Assembly (NCBI GenBank): GCA_037446635.1
Contig: JBBIIG010000001.1
Location: 228,752 to 292,751, forward strand
Direction: 5' to 3'
Source: a bacterium
Lineage (GTDB): Bacteria; Zhuqueibacterota; Zhuqueibacteria; Oceanimicrobiales; Oceanimicrobiaceae
Length of the DNA stretch: 64,000 bases
Shown here: piece after piece, positions 9,429-19,806 of the stretch
Position numbering within the stretch: position 1 is the stretch's first letter
How the letters are laid out: each line of letters starts with the position of its first letter
Program-made: the position numbers and the translations under genes
The notes under the pieces: generated by a model
Databases searched by the model: none
Seen by the model: the letters and a program-made list of their open reading frames with translations, nothing else
Told to the model about the DNA's origin: nothing

Positions 9429-12400
9429 TTAAAGTTTTGCCGGCCTGCGCAGGCGGGCACTCGGCCTCTTGCGAGTCTTCGCCGTCTTTGTTTTCGCGGC
9501 GCGCTTCTTTTTTGCTGGAACACTGTTTCCATCCAGCGCCGACAACAACTTCTCCACCTTGAACTCCGACTCCTTCTCCGCTTGCCGCCATTTGTCAATG
9601 ATGGCGAATACATCCGCAATGGCTTTGGCTGCTTTCGTTTTCACTACTTTCGGCTGCGACGTGATCTGTATGACGGCAACGCTAAACAGCCACCACAGCA
9701 GCTTCTCGAAATTTTCTTTGTTGAACCACAAAATCTCATTGAAGCGGTTCACTTTCAGAAACTGTTGAACGTCTGCAGATTTCAACAAGCGCCTCAGCAG
9801 ATGATGTACCCGGTTTTTGTTTGCCCGTCCAGCAGGCGGGCCTCCCTGAAGATCGTCAGGCGAGCCGTCTTCGGAAAAATACCAACTTTGCTGCGCCACG
9901 AGCAGCGCCACCAGTTGCCGCGCCTCCCACTTTTGGCCTTCATCCAATCCCAACTTGCCGAGCACATTTTGCAGCCGCTTGCCCAACAGCCACTCGTCGA
10001 ACCAACTGCGGCTCAACATTTCGAAATCTTTTTCTTTGAGAATTTTGCCGATCGCATGGGTGCACAACCAGCCAAACGCAACCGCGTCCACAAACGGGCC
10101 GTCTGCAAATTCATCTTTCAAAATTTTTGCTGCCGCCGAAAATAACTTCGCCTTCGCCATCGGGAAACGGCGGCCCACGGACTCCATTTGCAGAAAGGAC
10201 TCCATTCTCGCGCGCACCGTTTTCGCCAGCAGATTTTCCTTGCCGCGACCCGATGAAAAATGCTTGGCCTGCGTTAAAAACTCCGAATACTTCTTTTCAA
10301 AATCATCCAAAAATACTTTTGCATTTTTTTTGTTTGACCGAGCTTCCGAAAACCGTTGCAGCATCTCAGCATTCACGAGGGCATCGTAGGTTTGGTGCAG
10401 CGGCATGAGATACAGCTCCCGCAGCGCCTCATCAATGCTGGGCACGCCGCGCCCGTTGAGATGCGCTGCAAGCTGGGCGTAGTGCCGCCACTCGTTGTCG
10501 TGCACCTGGCGAAAATCAAGATAGACGTGGTATTTGTACGCGCCCAGTTCCACGTACAAGCCGTGCTCGCACAACTCTTTGCTGTTGCGAAGGTATTCGA
10601 GTCCCGACACGTGGTCGCGGAAAATGCAAAAATAATTTTCGTTGTGATAGATGCCGAGCCCCTGTCCGAGATCGCGCTGAATCAATCGCGTTTCATCGCC
10701 GACACCGGTTTTGACCGCGAACGCCGTGGAGTAGCGAATCCAGCCGCGCGCATCGGCAAATTTATTGTTATAAATCACCAGCGCCCGTTCATCGCCAAAA
10801 CGATTCGAGTACGCAAAGACATTTTCGTTGACGCTGCCATCGGGATTGAAAAAATCATACAGGAGAAAATTTTCCACTTCGGCGAAGAGATAGCGTTTTT
10901 TCATCAACGGAAAAATTTCGCGCACGTGGCGCTGCACCAGCCACTCGTCCACCGGCTCGTCCCAATACGCGCGGCGGTACTCCATGCCGTATTTTTCGGT
11001 GAAGCCTTCAATCTGGCCGTGGCCAAACATGGGCAGGCCGGGCATGGTCACCAGCATCGTGCAGACGCCGAAGTATTTGTCGTCTTTGCCGAATTGCGCC
11101 ACCGCGGTGTCCTCGTCCGGATTGTTCATGAAATTAACGTAGCGCTTCAAAATTTCCGGATTGAACTGAATAGTATTTTTGATGGTATCGCGGTACTTTT
11201 GATTTTCCTCATTTTTCAGCATGTTCATAAACGCGCTGTTGTACACGCGATGCATCCCAAGCGTGCGGACAAAATATCCCTCCATCAACCAGAAGGCCTC
11301 GGCCAGCAGCAGCGTGTCCGGCGCTTCAACGGCCACGCGATCCACGACCTCACGCCAGAATTCATTGGGCATGGCTTTGTTGAACTCATCTTTCGTCAAT
11401 CCGTGACCGGCGCGCGAGGGAATGTCGCCGCCCGTGCCCGGTTCCGGAAACCACAGCCGCTGATAATGACGTTTCGTCAACGTCATCGCCGCGTCGAAGC
11501 GAATCACCGAAAAATTGTGCGCCACATGCAGAATCGTCCGAATCACCGCCTCACGAACTTCCGGATTCAAGTAATTCAGTTGCGCGGTGTCATTCCACGG
11601 CATGCGGGTGCCGTCGTTGCCGTGATAAATGTAGCGCACGTCGCCGGTCCAAAAATCGTGGCGTTTGAACACCACCGCCGCGTCCTGCCGGCTGTAATAT
11701 TTATCGTCGATGAAAATTCCGTAGCGCGGATCGGACGACAAATTCGGGCCATTGAACGAATACGAGGGGAACGGCGGATACGGCAGGGAGATGTACCAGT
11801 CGGGATGCTCGCGCACCCAGCGCGAATCGATGCCGGTGTGATTGGGCACCATGTCGCAGCCGAGGCGGATGCCGCGCAGGCCGCAGCGATATTTCAAATT
11901 TTGCAGCGCCTCCCAGCCGCCTAATTCGTGGGCGATTTCATAATCAAACAGCGAATAGGCCGAAGACTCCGCCTCCGGATTGCCACACAATTGCTTGATG
12001 CGCTTTGAGGCCGGGCTGCGCTCCCAGATGCCGATGAGCCAGAGCCCGGTGAAGCCCCAGCGCGCGAGGGTGTCGAGTTCCTCGTCCGGAATTTGATCAA
12101 GCCGGGTGATGGCGCGCTGGTATTTTTTTGAAAGCTGATCGAGCCACACGAGTGTGCTTTTGGCGATGAGCACCAGCCGCGGCATCCAGTGCAGATCCGG
12201 GCTGAAACGCTCGGGCTCATACTCGTGCTGCCAAAACGACGGCGCGACCGTGGGCGGCGGCCCGAAGAAGATCGCTTTGATTTCTTCCTTGATCAAATCG
12301 AAACTGGCGAGCAGGCGCAGCAGCAACCCTTCGATCAGCATTCCCCAATGCAGGCGAATGAAGTGGAGCTGATCTTCCAGCGAATGCGGGGCGTTCTTTG

Positions 12401-13097
12401 CCGGCAACCGCAGAAACTCGACGAGATTGAAACCGGCGGCAATTTTCGGCTGCGTTTCAAAAAACTCGTGCAGGCTGTGCATCATGCTTACATAAACGGT
12501 TTCCTTTTCCAGCGGCTCGTCATCGAACAATTCCAGAAACGGCGAAAACGCCGGGTTAAGATTGGCCAGCCACAGCAGCAGCATTTCTTCCAAAACCAAT
12601 TCGCGGTTGGCAACGCCGGCAGTGCTGCCTTGCAGATAAAGTCGCGGCGCGGTTTTCCCTTTGTAAACTTCCAGCGGCGGAAACTCTTCGAGAAACTTCA
12701 GCAGCGTTTTATCGACCGGCTCTTCACCGTGTTTGTTTTGCAACCAGTCAAGCGCCTCGCGGAACACCTGCGGCTTCACTTGCTTGCGGTAGTGGGCGAT
12801 GACAATGTGCAGAATCTCGTCGATCAATCCCAGCGCGTTGATCTGACCGGCTTTCACCGCCTGTTCGGGATGGCTGGCCAGATCGCGCTTCTCATTCATC
12901 TTTTGGGCAAAAATTCGCGCGGCGTGGAAATCCGCAAACACCACGTTGCCCGTGGAGGTGAAGAGATGATCATCGAACTGGTATTTTTCCCGCGCCCGTC
13001 GCGAGACATGAAACTCCATTGCGGGAGAAGAAAGGAACTCATGAGTCGATTCAACGTCGCCAAACTTCCGGAATCGAATTCGCAGCAATTTCGCCAA
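9429..13097 (-). CDS. large cytoplasmic alpha-amylase-family (GH13) protein
   Basis: DMVPNH, WNDTAQLNY, IRFDAAM, LAEAFW, FMNNPDE conserved regions. Confidence 0.9.
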   Translation of the reverse strand: MAKLLRIRFRKFGDVESTHEFLSSPAMEFHVSRRAREKYQFDDHLFTSTGNVVFADFHAARIFAQKMNEKRDLASHPEQAVKAGQINALGLIDEILHIVIAHYRKQVKPQVFREALDWLQNKHGEEPVDKTLLKFLEEFPPLEVYKGKTAPRLYLQGSTAGVANRELVLEEMLLLWLANLNPAFSPFLELFDDEPLEKETVYVSMMHSLHEFFETQPKIAAGFNLVEFLRLPAKNAPHSLEDQLHFIRLHWGMLIEGLLLRLLASFDLIKEEIKAIFFGPPPTVAPSFWQHEYEPERFSPDLHWMPRLVLIAKSTLVWLDQLSKKYQRAITRLDQIPDEELDTLARWGFTGLWLIGIWERSPASKRIKQLCGNPEAESSAYSLFDYEIAHELGGWEALQNLKYRCGLRGIRLGCDMVPNHTGIDSRWVREHPDWYISLPYPPFPSYSFNGPNLSSDPRYGIFIDDKYYSRQDAAVVFKRHDFWTGDVRYIYHGNDGTRMPWNDTAQLNYLNPEVREAVIRTILHVAHNFSVIRFDAAMTLTKRHYQRLWFPEPGTGGDIPSRAGHGLTKDEFNKAMPNEFWREVVDRVAVEAPDTLLLAEAFWLMEGYFVRTLGMHRVYNSAFMNMLKNEENQKYRDTIKNTIQFNPEILKRYVNFMNNPDEDTAVAQFGKDDKYFGVCTMLVTMPGLPMFGHGQIEGFTEKYGMEYRRAYWDEPVDEWLVQRHVREIFPLMKKRYLFAEVENFLLYDFFNPDGSVNENVFAYSNRFGDERALVIYNNKFADARGWIRYSTAFAVKTGVGDETRLIQRDLGQGLGIYHNENYFCIFRDHVSGLEYLRNSKELCEHGLYVELGAYKYHVYLDFRQVHDNEWRHYAQLAAHLNGRGVPSIDEALRELYLMPLHQTYDALVNAEMLQRFSEARSNKKNAKVFLDDFEKKYSEFLTQAKHFSSGRGKENLLAKTVRARMESFLQMESVGRRFPMAKAKLFSAAAKILKDEFADGPFVDAVAFGWLCTHAIGKILKEKDFEMLSRSWFDEWLLGKRLQNVLGKLGLDEGQKWEARQLVALLVAQQSWYFSEDGSPDDLQGGPPAGRANKNRVHHLLRRLLKSADVQQFLKVNRFNEILWFNKENFEKLLWWLFSVAVIQITSQPKVVKTKAAKAIADVFAIIDKWRQAEKESEFKVEKLLSALDGNSVPAKKKRAAKTKTAKTRKRPSARLRRPAKL

Positions 13098-13129
13098 AAT
13101 GCTCTCCTCGAGATTTAAGTATGAAATTG

Positions 13130-13163
13130 ACCGTAGGGGTAATTCATGAATTACCCCTACGGT
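13130..13163. repeat. GTAG-type REP-like palindrome
   Basis: ACCGTAGGGGTAATTCATGAATTACCCCTACGGT is a perfect 34-bp palindrome; the same core recurs at 45229-45266. Confidence 0.85.
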
Positions 13164-13294
13164 GAATATAACTTCGATGAGATTCTTTGTAAAGGGAAAA
13201 CTTGCGGCAGAGTTTGCGACAAAACAAGATGTGAGGTTCTGTGAGAGATTTGAACCTCCCCCGGATCGATTGCACCAGAGGAGGTTCGATTTAT

Positions 13295-15064
13295 TTATCG
13301 AATGAGCAGCATTTTCCGAACCTGGAAAAACGAGCCGGCTTGCAAGCGATACACGTAAATTCCGCTGGCCAGCTGCCGGCCAGCGTCATCGCGGCCATCC
13401 CACTGCGTTTGATGCGAGCCGCCATCTTGCTGCTGGTGCACCAGCGTGCGGATTTTTTCACCCAGCGTGTTAAACACTTCCAAACGCACGGCATGACGCC
13501 CCGCCGGCAGTTCGTACCGAATCAATGTTACAGGATTAAAGGGATTCGGGAAGTTTTGCTGCAAACGAAATCCTGCCGGCAGATTGGGGGACTCGCCTGT
13601 CACACTGGTAACGTTCACGGTGACTTCGTTGGAAAGGACGCTTTCCCCTTCGTCGTATTGTGCGCTGACGGCATAAAAGTAGGTGGTACCCACGACGGTG
13701 TTATTGTCGATAAAGCTCAGGATGTTGGCCTCCACCGAGCCAATTAAATTCTGACTCTCCGCGGTAACTGGCGAAGTCTCGCTGCGGTAGATGTTGAAGC
13801 TTTGCAGGGCCGCCGTCTTTGATAGAGAATACAATCTCTGCGAATTGGCATTGTGATATGAACCGCTGAATTCGTGGCCGCCTGATACTCCAGACAGACT
13901 CCTTTCTTTCATTACCGCTGATTTTTTTTCTCCTTCAAAATTGGACGACGCCAACGCAGCCGTCGTAACATTTGAAGTCACGATCGCGCGAATAATGAAA
14001 TTACCTGGGAATCCCAAATCGCCGCTGCGGACAAACGCTCCAGTGGAGGGATTTCGTAACCACGACCGCAGAGCATCGATTGAGTTGGTATCTCGGTCAA
14101 TGGCAAAATCTCCGGTTTCACCCGACACAAAAAAGAGCGCAATATAAAAATCGCCGTTTGCAATAGAGATAGGGGTTGGAAACTCGGCTTGAATTAAACC
14201 GGCCTCGTTGAATGTAACAATGCCATCAAACACCGGTGAGTTGACCGGGCCGACGTTCATTGCAGCCGGATCCAGATAAACGCGCACCCCGTAATCATCC
14301 GGCTCTACATCCCCACTAGCGCCGAATACAAAAGAAATTAAATTAACTGGATACGAGGGAGGCGTAAACCTTACGGCCAGCTCAGCGCCATCAAAATTTC
14401 CTCTTATGCCAATTTCAGCCGAGCCATCGTCATACGCTATCTCGGTTGTATCGCGAAGCGGCGGGGCCCCCGGCGATTGCCAATTAAGCTGCACACCCTC
14501 TGTAATCAGCGCGGCCGTCAGATTAAGCGGCGGATCCAAGATAATAATGCACGGCGTAACCGGCGCGGCGTTCCAGGCGCCGGTGACGCTGCTGCCGCCG
14601 CATTGATTGTTGGAATAGGAAAAACTGCCACTGACGGATTGCCCGTCCTCCGAAAACGTTCCGCTGAGGGAGCCGGAACTAATGGTGGGAATGTTGTAGC
14701 TGATGTTAAAACTATTGCCAGAAACAGTAACAGGAAAGTTTTTAACCTCCACGGTGGTGCAGCCACCGACGTTTCGAAAAATGATGCGAAACGTATCGAT
14801 GGTGGTCTGGTTAATCAAGTTGAAGCGGACGTCGTTGTTACCGGTCCACAGCCCCTCACAAAGCTCGTTGCCCCCCGCGACCGCGTCCGCCATTTGCGGC
14901 CCGCGATCCGAAAAAGTGAACATCTCGCCGTTGGCCTGAGTGATCGTAACCACGGTCACCGGCTGAACTGTGGCCGCATCCGTTTCAATTTGTTGCCCTT
15001 GTAGGGACACGAACGAGCCGATCACCAACAGCGTCACCACTACAACAGTTGTTGTTTTTTTCAT
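13295..15064 (-). CDS. secreted FN3-type protein with C-terminal FlgD-Ig/T9SS-like sorting domain
   Basis: Signal peptide; PPLNLTA..LNWQSP and FNIYRS..YFYAVSA..ES..SNEV (split FN3); LQQNFPNPFNP..WDGRDDAGRQLASGIYVYRL. Confidence 0.85.
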   Translation of the reverse strand: MKKTTTVVVVTLLVIGSFVSLQGQQIETDAATVQPVTVVTITQANGEMFTFSDRGPQMADAVAGGNELCEGLWTGNNDVRFNLINQTTIDTFRIIFRNVGGCTTVEVKNFPVTVSGNSFNISYNIPTISSGSLSGTFSEDGQSVSGSFSYSNNQCGGSSVTGAWNAAPVTPCIIILDPPLNLTAALITEGVQLNWQSPGAPPLRDTTEIAYDDGSAEIGIRGNFDGAELAVRFTPPSYPVNLISFVFGASGDVEPDDYGVRVYLDPAAMNVGPVNSPVFDGIVTFNEAGLIQAEFPTPISIANGDFYIALFFVSGETGDFAIDRDTNSIDALRSWLRNPSTGAFVRSGDLGFPGNFIIRAIVTSNVTTAALASSNFEGEKKSAVMKERSLSGVSGGHEFSGSYHNANSQRLYSLSKTAALQSFNIYRSETSPVTAESQNLIGSVEANILSFIDNNTVVGTTYFYAVSAQYDEGESVLSNEVTVNVTSVTGESPNLPAGFRLQQNFPNPFNPVTLIRYELPAGRHAVRLEVFNTLGEKIRTLVHQQQDGGSHQTQWDGRDDAGRQLASGIYVYRLQAGSFFQVRKMLLIR

Positions 15065-15190
15065 GGCGCCCTCGTAGTTAGTTGATTAATTTATTGTTCG
15101 CTCTTAGAGTTGAACAATATCAAAAAACTTTTGTAAAGCTAAATACGTGAGGAGGAAGGATTAACAAGAAAATGGAAAAAAGCGACGTTA

Positions 15191-15613
15191 TTAATTTCCC
15201 GCCTCGACCAACTTCTTAATCTTTTCGTTATCCTTCTCGATGCCGCTGCTGATGGTTTTGATGGTTTCGGGAGACAGGTCATCTTCATAAAAGCTGGTGC
15301 GCACCATCAGGGTGCCGTTAGGAATGGATTTGAGCAGGATCACGGCATCGCCCGTTAGCGGGCCGCCAAAGCGGCGGTAGCCAATTTTTTCATTTTCAAC
15401 GAATTCTGTGATCTCGACGTTGTACTGAATCAGCGGGGTGTCGGCATCCCCGGCAATCACCTTCGCCTGCGTCCCCACGCCCGCCTGGCCATCGGAGTAG
15501 CCCTGAACCTCTTTGACGAAATTGAAGAGCTTGGTCCAGTTTTTGGGATGAATTTGCGCCCACACTTTTTCCGCCGAAGCGTTGATCAAAATGGAACGAG
15601 TGATTTCGGTCAT
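15191..15613 (-). CDS. SRPBCC/START-like family protein
   Basis: ITRSILINASAEKVW N-terminus; GVGT motif; C-terminal helix. Confidence 0.75.
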   Translation of the reverse strand: MTEITRSILINASAEKVWAQIHPKNWTKLFNFVKEVQGYSDGQAGVGTQAKVIAGDADTPLIQYNVEITEFVENEKIGYRRFGGPLTGDAVILLKSIPNGTLMVRTSFYEDDLSPETIKTISSGIEKDNEKIKKLVEAGN

Positions 15614-15667
15614 GGGGCGTCTCCAGTTCTATAAGTTTGTAAACATTGCTTATCTAAGCAAAGTTTT

Positions 15668-15766
15668 TTTAACCGCAAAGATCGCAAAGATGGCGGAAAG
15701 GCCGCTAATGAAGACCATTTTTTCCCTTTGCGCCCTTTGCATTTTCTTAGCGACCTTTGCGGTAAA
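15668..15766. repeat. intergenic hairpin built from CGCAAAG-type short repeats
   Basis: ACCGCAAAGATCGCAAAG ... CTTTGCGCCCTTTGC..CTTTGCGGT inverted arms. Confidence 0.7.
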
Positions 15767-15807
15767 GTTACGCAGGCAGGTGATTCTGCTAAGCTGTATT
15801 TGGCAAA

Positions 15808-16173
15808 CTAAGCGGGAACCGCACTGGCGCTGAGGGATTCGGTAATTTTTTTCTTAACTTCGCCGTCGTCAAGCTGCCGCAAAAGCTCATCAATCGACTT
15901 GCCGATGGCCGACCAATTGTTTTTGCCAAAAACTTTATCGCCAAACAAAAAATAACCGTTCGGGCATTTATATAGAATCACGCTTTTGAAATCACCCACG
16001 TAGCCGGTTTTTAAAATTTCTTCGCCCTTAAATTGGACGGTGGTGTCCTTCACATGCAAAACACGGCTGACGGTATTGAGCTGGTTGAGGAATCTTCGAC
16101 CCTCGGCAGTTTGGAGATTGGTTTCGAGGTCAAGCGAGATGGCATCTTTGGGCTTTGCGGCTTTTTCAGACAT
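15808..16173 (-). CDS. hypothetical protein
   Basis: 121-aa ORF with RBS GGAGG and protein-like composition. Confidence 0.7.
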   Translation of the reverse strand: MSEKAAKPKDAISLDLETNLQTAEGRRFLNQLNTVSRVLHVKDTTVQFKGEEILKTGYVGDFKSVILYKCPNGYFLFGDKVFGKNNWSAIGKSIDELLRQLDDGEVKKKITESLSASAVPA

Positions 16174-16268
16174 GCACTTTCTTCCTCCAATAGATAACGT
16201 AAGCTTGCTGGCGTAAAAGCAACGCGAAAATACACATTATCTCAGGGAAATGCAAGAAAAAATCCGTT

Positions 16269-17408
16269 TCAACTGCCGTTGCTAAAAACGGCTTTCGTGT
16301 CGGGCGCGCTCCCTTCTTCAATTGCCTTCAAGATAAAGTTGGCGTACTTGCGATGTCCGGAATTGTTGAAGTGTGAATTGGGAAGCTTCATGTAATCGCT
16401 TTCATCGAGAAAATCCGGGATATATGCCTCGAACTCTCTGAAAAAATTTTGATGGTATCGGATGCTGTTGGCTGGCTGCTGTCTTCGCGGGTGAATTGGG
16501 ATCACGAACATCATAAAACGCGCGCCAACCTTTTCCGAAGCGGATTTGATTCGCAGCAGAGATTCGCGAACGCGATCATAAACCGGACTGGCGGCCTCAT
16601 TTTCCGAATCGGCGAACGCCTCACGCTTGATTTTGGAAGCGGCCACCACCAAATAGGTGCCGACCACCGTTTTCGTCAACGCATTTCGCAGCGCTGATTT
16701 AAACGGCACGGCGTTCTGCAGCGAATCGGTCGCGGCGTTGTTTTTGGCAAGATAATACTCGTAGGCCTGCTGCGGAGTCATGTAATTTCCATCGTCGTCG
16801 AAGGCGTATAAAAATTTGGCGTTGGTCACGTGATAGAGATTTTTGAACGGCATCATTGGCCGCGGCGCAATGAAATCGTTGCCGATATAAAACATCACCG
16901 CAACGATATCCGGTTTCAGCAGCGGCGCATATTTTTCTGCGAGATAAGCATATTGGTGGGGATCCGTACCCGGAATGCCCAAATTGAAGGTAACGAATCC
17001 CTGCTGGCCAACCAGATCCACAAACGATTTTGTGATGGGTCGGGCGCTGGATCCCCAGGTGAAGGAATCGCCGAGAAAAAGTATTTTCGGTTGCTGTGCA
17101 GGGAGAGGCCGATCGAATTCCGCGCTGCGAAAGCCGTCGGAGTTGATGTAAATGTCATCGCTCCATTTTTTGTAATCGGGGTTGGCTTTGAACACGCCCT
17201 CGCCATCGGTACAAAACGAGCTGTCCACCTCCAAACGCTCGACGACCCGAAAGCGCGAATAGCGAGGAACATAGCCCGGCCGCTTGCCTATCAGCCGCAG
17301 CGCGGCTTCGGCAAAAAGCAAAGTCCCCATCGCAGAGACGAGCAACAGGGCAACGTTGAACAACAATTTGTTATTTTGTTTTTGCCGTTCCGTGGTTGCT
17401 TCACCCAA
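16269..17408 (-). CDS. membrane-anchored SGNH/GDSL hydrolase family protein
   Basis: N-terminal TM; INSDGFR, FLGDSFTWG, NLGIPG, GND, HFN..GH; start uncertain. Confidence 0.8.
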   Translation of the reverse strand: MGEATTERQKQNNKLLFNVALLLVSAMGTLLFAEAALRLIGKRPGYVPRYSRFRVVERLEVDSSFCTDGEGVFKANPDYKKWSDDIYINSDGFRSAEFDRPLPAQQPKILFLGDSFTWGSSARPITKSFVDLVGQQGFVTFNLGIPGTDPHQYAYLAEKYAPLLKPDIVAVMFYIGNDFIAPRPMMPFKNLYHVTNAKFLYAFDDDGNYMTPQQAYEYYLAKNNAATDSLQNAVPFKSALRNALTKTVVGTYLVVAASKIKREAFADSENEAASPVYDRVRESLLRIKSASEKVGARFMMFVIPIHPRRQQPANSIRYHQNFFREFEAYIPDFLDESDYMKLPNSHFNNSGHRKYANFILKAIEEGSAPDTKAVFSNGS

Positions 17409-17444
17409 AAAATTTAAGTGCGACCTCTCAGTTTAGCTGGCTGC

Positions 17445-17969
17445 TCATTTCAACAAAGTGAGCTTGCGGGATTGAACAAACCCTTCGGTTTGCATACGAT
17501 AAAAATAAACGCCGCTGGCCAACGCGCCGGCGTCCAACTGCAGCTTGTATTCACCGGCGGCCAAGCGATCATCCAATAGCGTTGCCACTTCGCGCCCACG
17601 CAGATCGTAAAGCTTAATGCTGACTTGTGAGGTTTGAGGGACGGCAAACTGGATGGTGGTCGCCGGGTTGAATGGGTTAGGATAATTTTGGTCGAGCCGG
17701 AAAGAATTGGGAAGGCTGTTGGGAATCGGCTCAACTGAAGTCACAATGTCCACGCCCACCCAGAACCCTGAGACATGAATGATCGCTTGCGTGCTGCTCA
17801 CGCCAATCGCCGGCTGGCCAATGGTGCCGAGGATTTGAAATTGCGAATTGGCAATCGGCGTACCGCCGCTGCCGAGCACAAAACGCGCGATCTGAATTTG
17901 CGCCGCCAACGGATTCGCCGCAGCGGCTGCTAACCCAAAAACCAGAACGAACGCAATTAATTTGTTCAC
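17445..17969 (-). CDS. small secreted protein with T9SS type-A-like C-terminal sorting domain (partner of fibre gene 1)
   Basis: Signal peptide; GSGG..GTIGQ..GFW domain; LDQNYPNPFNP..SGVYFYRM..KLTLLK. Confidence 0.88.
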   Translation of the reverse strand: MNKLIAFVLVFGLAAAAANPLAAQIQIARFVLGSGGTPIANSQFQILGTIGQPAIGVSSTQAIIHVSGFWVGVDIVTSVEPIPNSLPNSFRLDQNYPNPFNPATTIQFAVPQTSQVSIKLYDLRGREVATLLDDRLAAGEYKLQLDAGALASGVYFYRMQTEGFVQSRKLTLLK

Positions 17970-17989
17970 GATTTTTCTCCCGAAATTGG

Positions 17990-19627
17990 TTACCGATTCA
18001 TACCCAGTGGAGCATCCTGCGTTTCAGTGTCTCTGCTGGAAAGGGATTCGAGGCGCGCCTTCAGATCGTCAATTTGCTTCTGCTGTTCTTTAATGGCTTC
18101 GACCAGCAATCCCACCAGATGGCCGTAATCCACCGACTTCGCATCTTGGCCATTATTTTCGAACTTCACCACTTCCGGCACCACCTCCCCTACCTCCTCG
18201 GCGATCAAACCGATATCGGCGCGGCCGTCTTTTTTCCATTGGTAGGAAACGCCGCGCAGTAACCGCACTTTTTGCAGCGCGCTTTCAATAGTTTGAATGT
18301 TGGTTTTCCAGCGGCGGGAGCTGGGGTTGCCGGGATAAGCTTCGGTTTGAATGCTGCCATCGGGAAATTCGAGCGCGGTTCCGATCACCACGCGATTCGT
18401 CGTACCATCCAAAGTTAGAGCCGCACTATCAACGCCTAATCGTTCAAATTCCAGATTGCCAAAACTCTCCAGGCCAACATGCATATCCCACTGCGTTTGA
18501 GTATCATCCATTCGCAGACGAACTGCCGGAGAAAGAAGGTGCAGTTGCGCTCCCGGAGTTGTGGTTCCAATTCCCACGTTGCCAACGTCATCGACAAAAA
18601 CCGCATCGACCGGGTTGCCGTCCGCCGCATTCAAAGCATTGAGGTTGACGTCGTCGGTCGCCCCATTCACGGAACGAACCACCGCGCCATCGGCAATTTT
18701 AGCCGCGGTGACGGCATCGTCAGCCAGCTTCGCGGTGGAGACGCCGTCGTCGGCCAGCGACAGGGTTACATCGCCGGTGGTTCCGCCGCCGGTCAAACCG
18801 GTTCCCGCGGTCACCGAAGTTATGTCGCCGTCGCCGCTGCCGGCCGCAGCAATGATGAGGGTGTTGCCGTCGGGTGTGATAGTGACGTTGGTACCCGCGC
18901 TCAGACTGACGCCGTCAGTAAGCCCATTCAACGTTTTGACCACTTCCTCGGCGGCGATTTTGTCCGCCGTAACCGCGCCGTTTGCTAACTTGGCGTTGGT
19001 GACGCCGGCGTCGGCAATCGACAAACTCACTTCGCCGGTGGTGCCGCCGCCGGCCAATCCAGCACCGGCGGTCACCGCGGTGATGTCGCCGTCGCCGCTG
19101 CCGGCCGCAGAAATAGTGAGGGTGTTGCCGCTGGGGGTGATGGTGACGTTTTCTCCGGCGGACAACACCACGTCTTCTTTCAGACTATTCACGCTGCGCA
19201 CCACGGTGTTTGGGGCGATTTTGCCGGAGGTCACGGAGTTGTCGGCGATGGAACGCGCGTGCAAACTATAGGGCGCAGCAGTAAGCTCGATGCGCGGGGT
19301 CAATTCGGCCCCTTCCCCAACCGTAATTCCCAACCAATATTGTTTGTCGAACGCCAAATTCAGCGGCGTGGTTTTTCCTAAAATGACGCCGAACAGCCCG
19401 CCGACGACGGGCACGGTGTGCTCCTCCATCCAAAGCGCCGAACCGCCGGAGCTGACGTCATAAATTTTGAACATGATGGTGTAGTCGCGATCGGTGACAA
19501 CGGAACCGCCGGGCAGAGCCAGAATCCCCTGATAGCTGAGTGTGGTGGGGACCTGCGCCAAAGTGCTCCGGTTAGAAAATAACGCCAACGAAAAAACGAC
19601 TGTAAAAAACCATGCTGTCTTCTTCAT
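17990..19627 (-). CDS. secreted fibre-like protein with C-terminal intramolecular chaperone (peptidase S74) domain
   Basis: Signal peptide; QVP..SYQG N-domain; 87-aa internal repeats; [39 protein letters not shown]. Confidence 0.88.
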   Translation of the reverse strand: MKKTAWFFTVVFSLALFSNRSTLAQVPTTLSYQGILALPGGSVVTDRDYTIMFKIYDVSSGGSALWMEEHTVPVVGGLFGVILGKTTPLNLAFDKQYWLGITVGEGAELTPRIELTAAPYSLHARSIADNSVTSGKIAPNTVVRSVNSLKEDVVLSAGENVTITPSGNTLTISAAGSGDGDITAVTAGAGLAGGGTTGEVSLSIADAGVTNAKLANGAVTADKIAAEEVVKTLNGLTDGVSLSAGTNVTITPDGNTLIIAAAGSGDGDITSVTAGTGLTGGGTTGDVTLSLADDGVSTAKLADDAVTAAKIADGAVVRSVNGATDDVNLNALNAADGNPVDAVFVDDVGNVGIGTTTPGAQLHLLSPAVRLRMDDTQTQWDMHVGLESFGNLEFERLGVDSAALTLDGTTNRVVIGTALEFPDGSIQTEAYPGNPSSRRWKTNIQTIESALQKVRLLRGVSYQWKKDGRADIGLIAEEVGEVVPEVVKFENNGQDAKSVDYGHLVGLLVEAIKEQQKQIDDLKARLESLSSRDTETQDAPLGMNR

Positions 19628-19760
19628 GCTGCAATCCTTTCTAATGAAAAAAAATTGATACTGGCCGCAAAGCAGGTTAGATTCGATATGAATTAAACGG
19701 CCTTATTATAATACAGCTTAGGGGTTAGAAGTGGGGAAAGTGAGGGAGGATTTTTTAGGA

Positions 19761-19803
19761 TTTTAAGTTGAGACTCATCTCTGAGATGAGTCTCAACTTA
19801 AAA
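19761..19803. repeat. perfect palindrome, 21-bp arms
   Basis: TTTTAAGTTGAGACTCATCTC-T-GAGATGAGTCTCAACTTAAAA. Confidence 0.9.
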
Positions 19804-19806
19804 GAA

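Noticed and set aside
5524..13118. Long opposite-strand ORFs (e.g. 5524-7023, 10356-11924, 12189-13118; similarly 30308-31312, 46485-47528, 51671-52705)
   Set aside because: They lie antisense to well-supported GC-rich genes and have no recognisable motifs
17990..19627. S74 tail-fibre genes as evidence of a prophage
   Set aside because: Both have Sec signal peptides, and no capsid, terminase, tail or integrase genes are nearby
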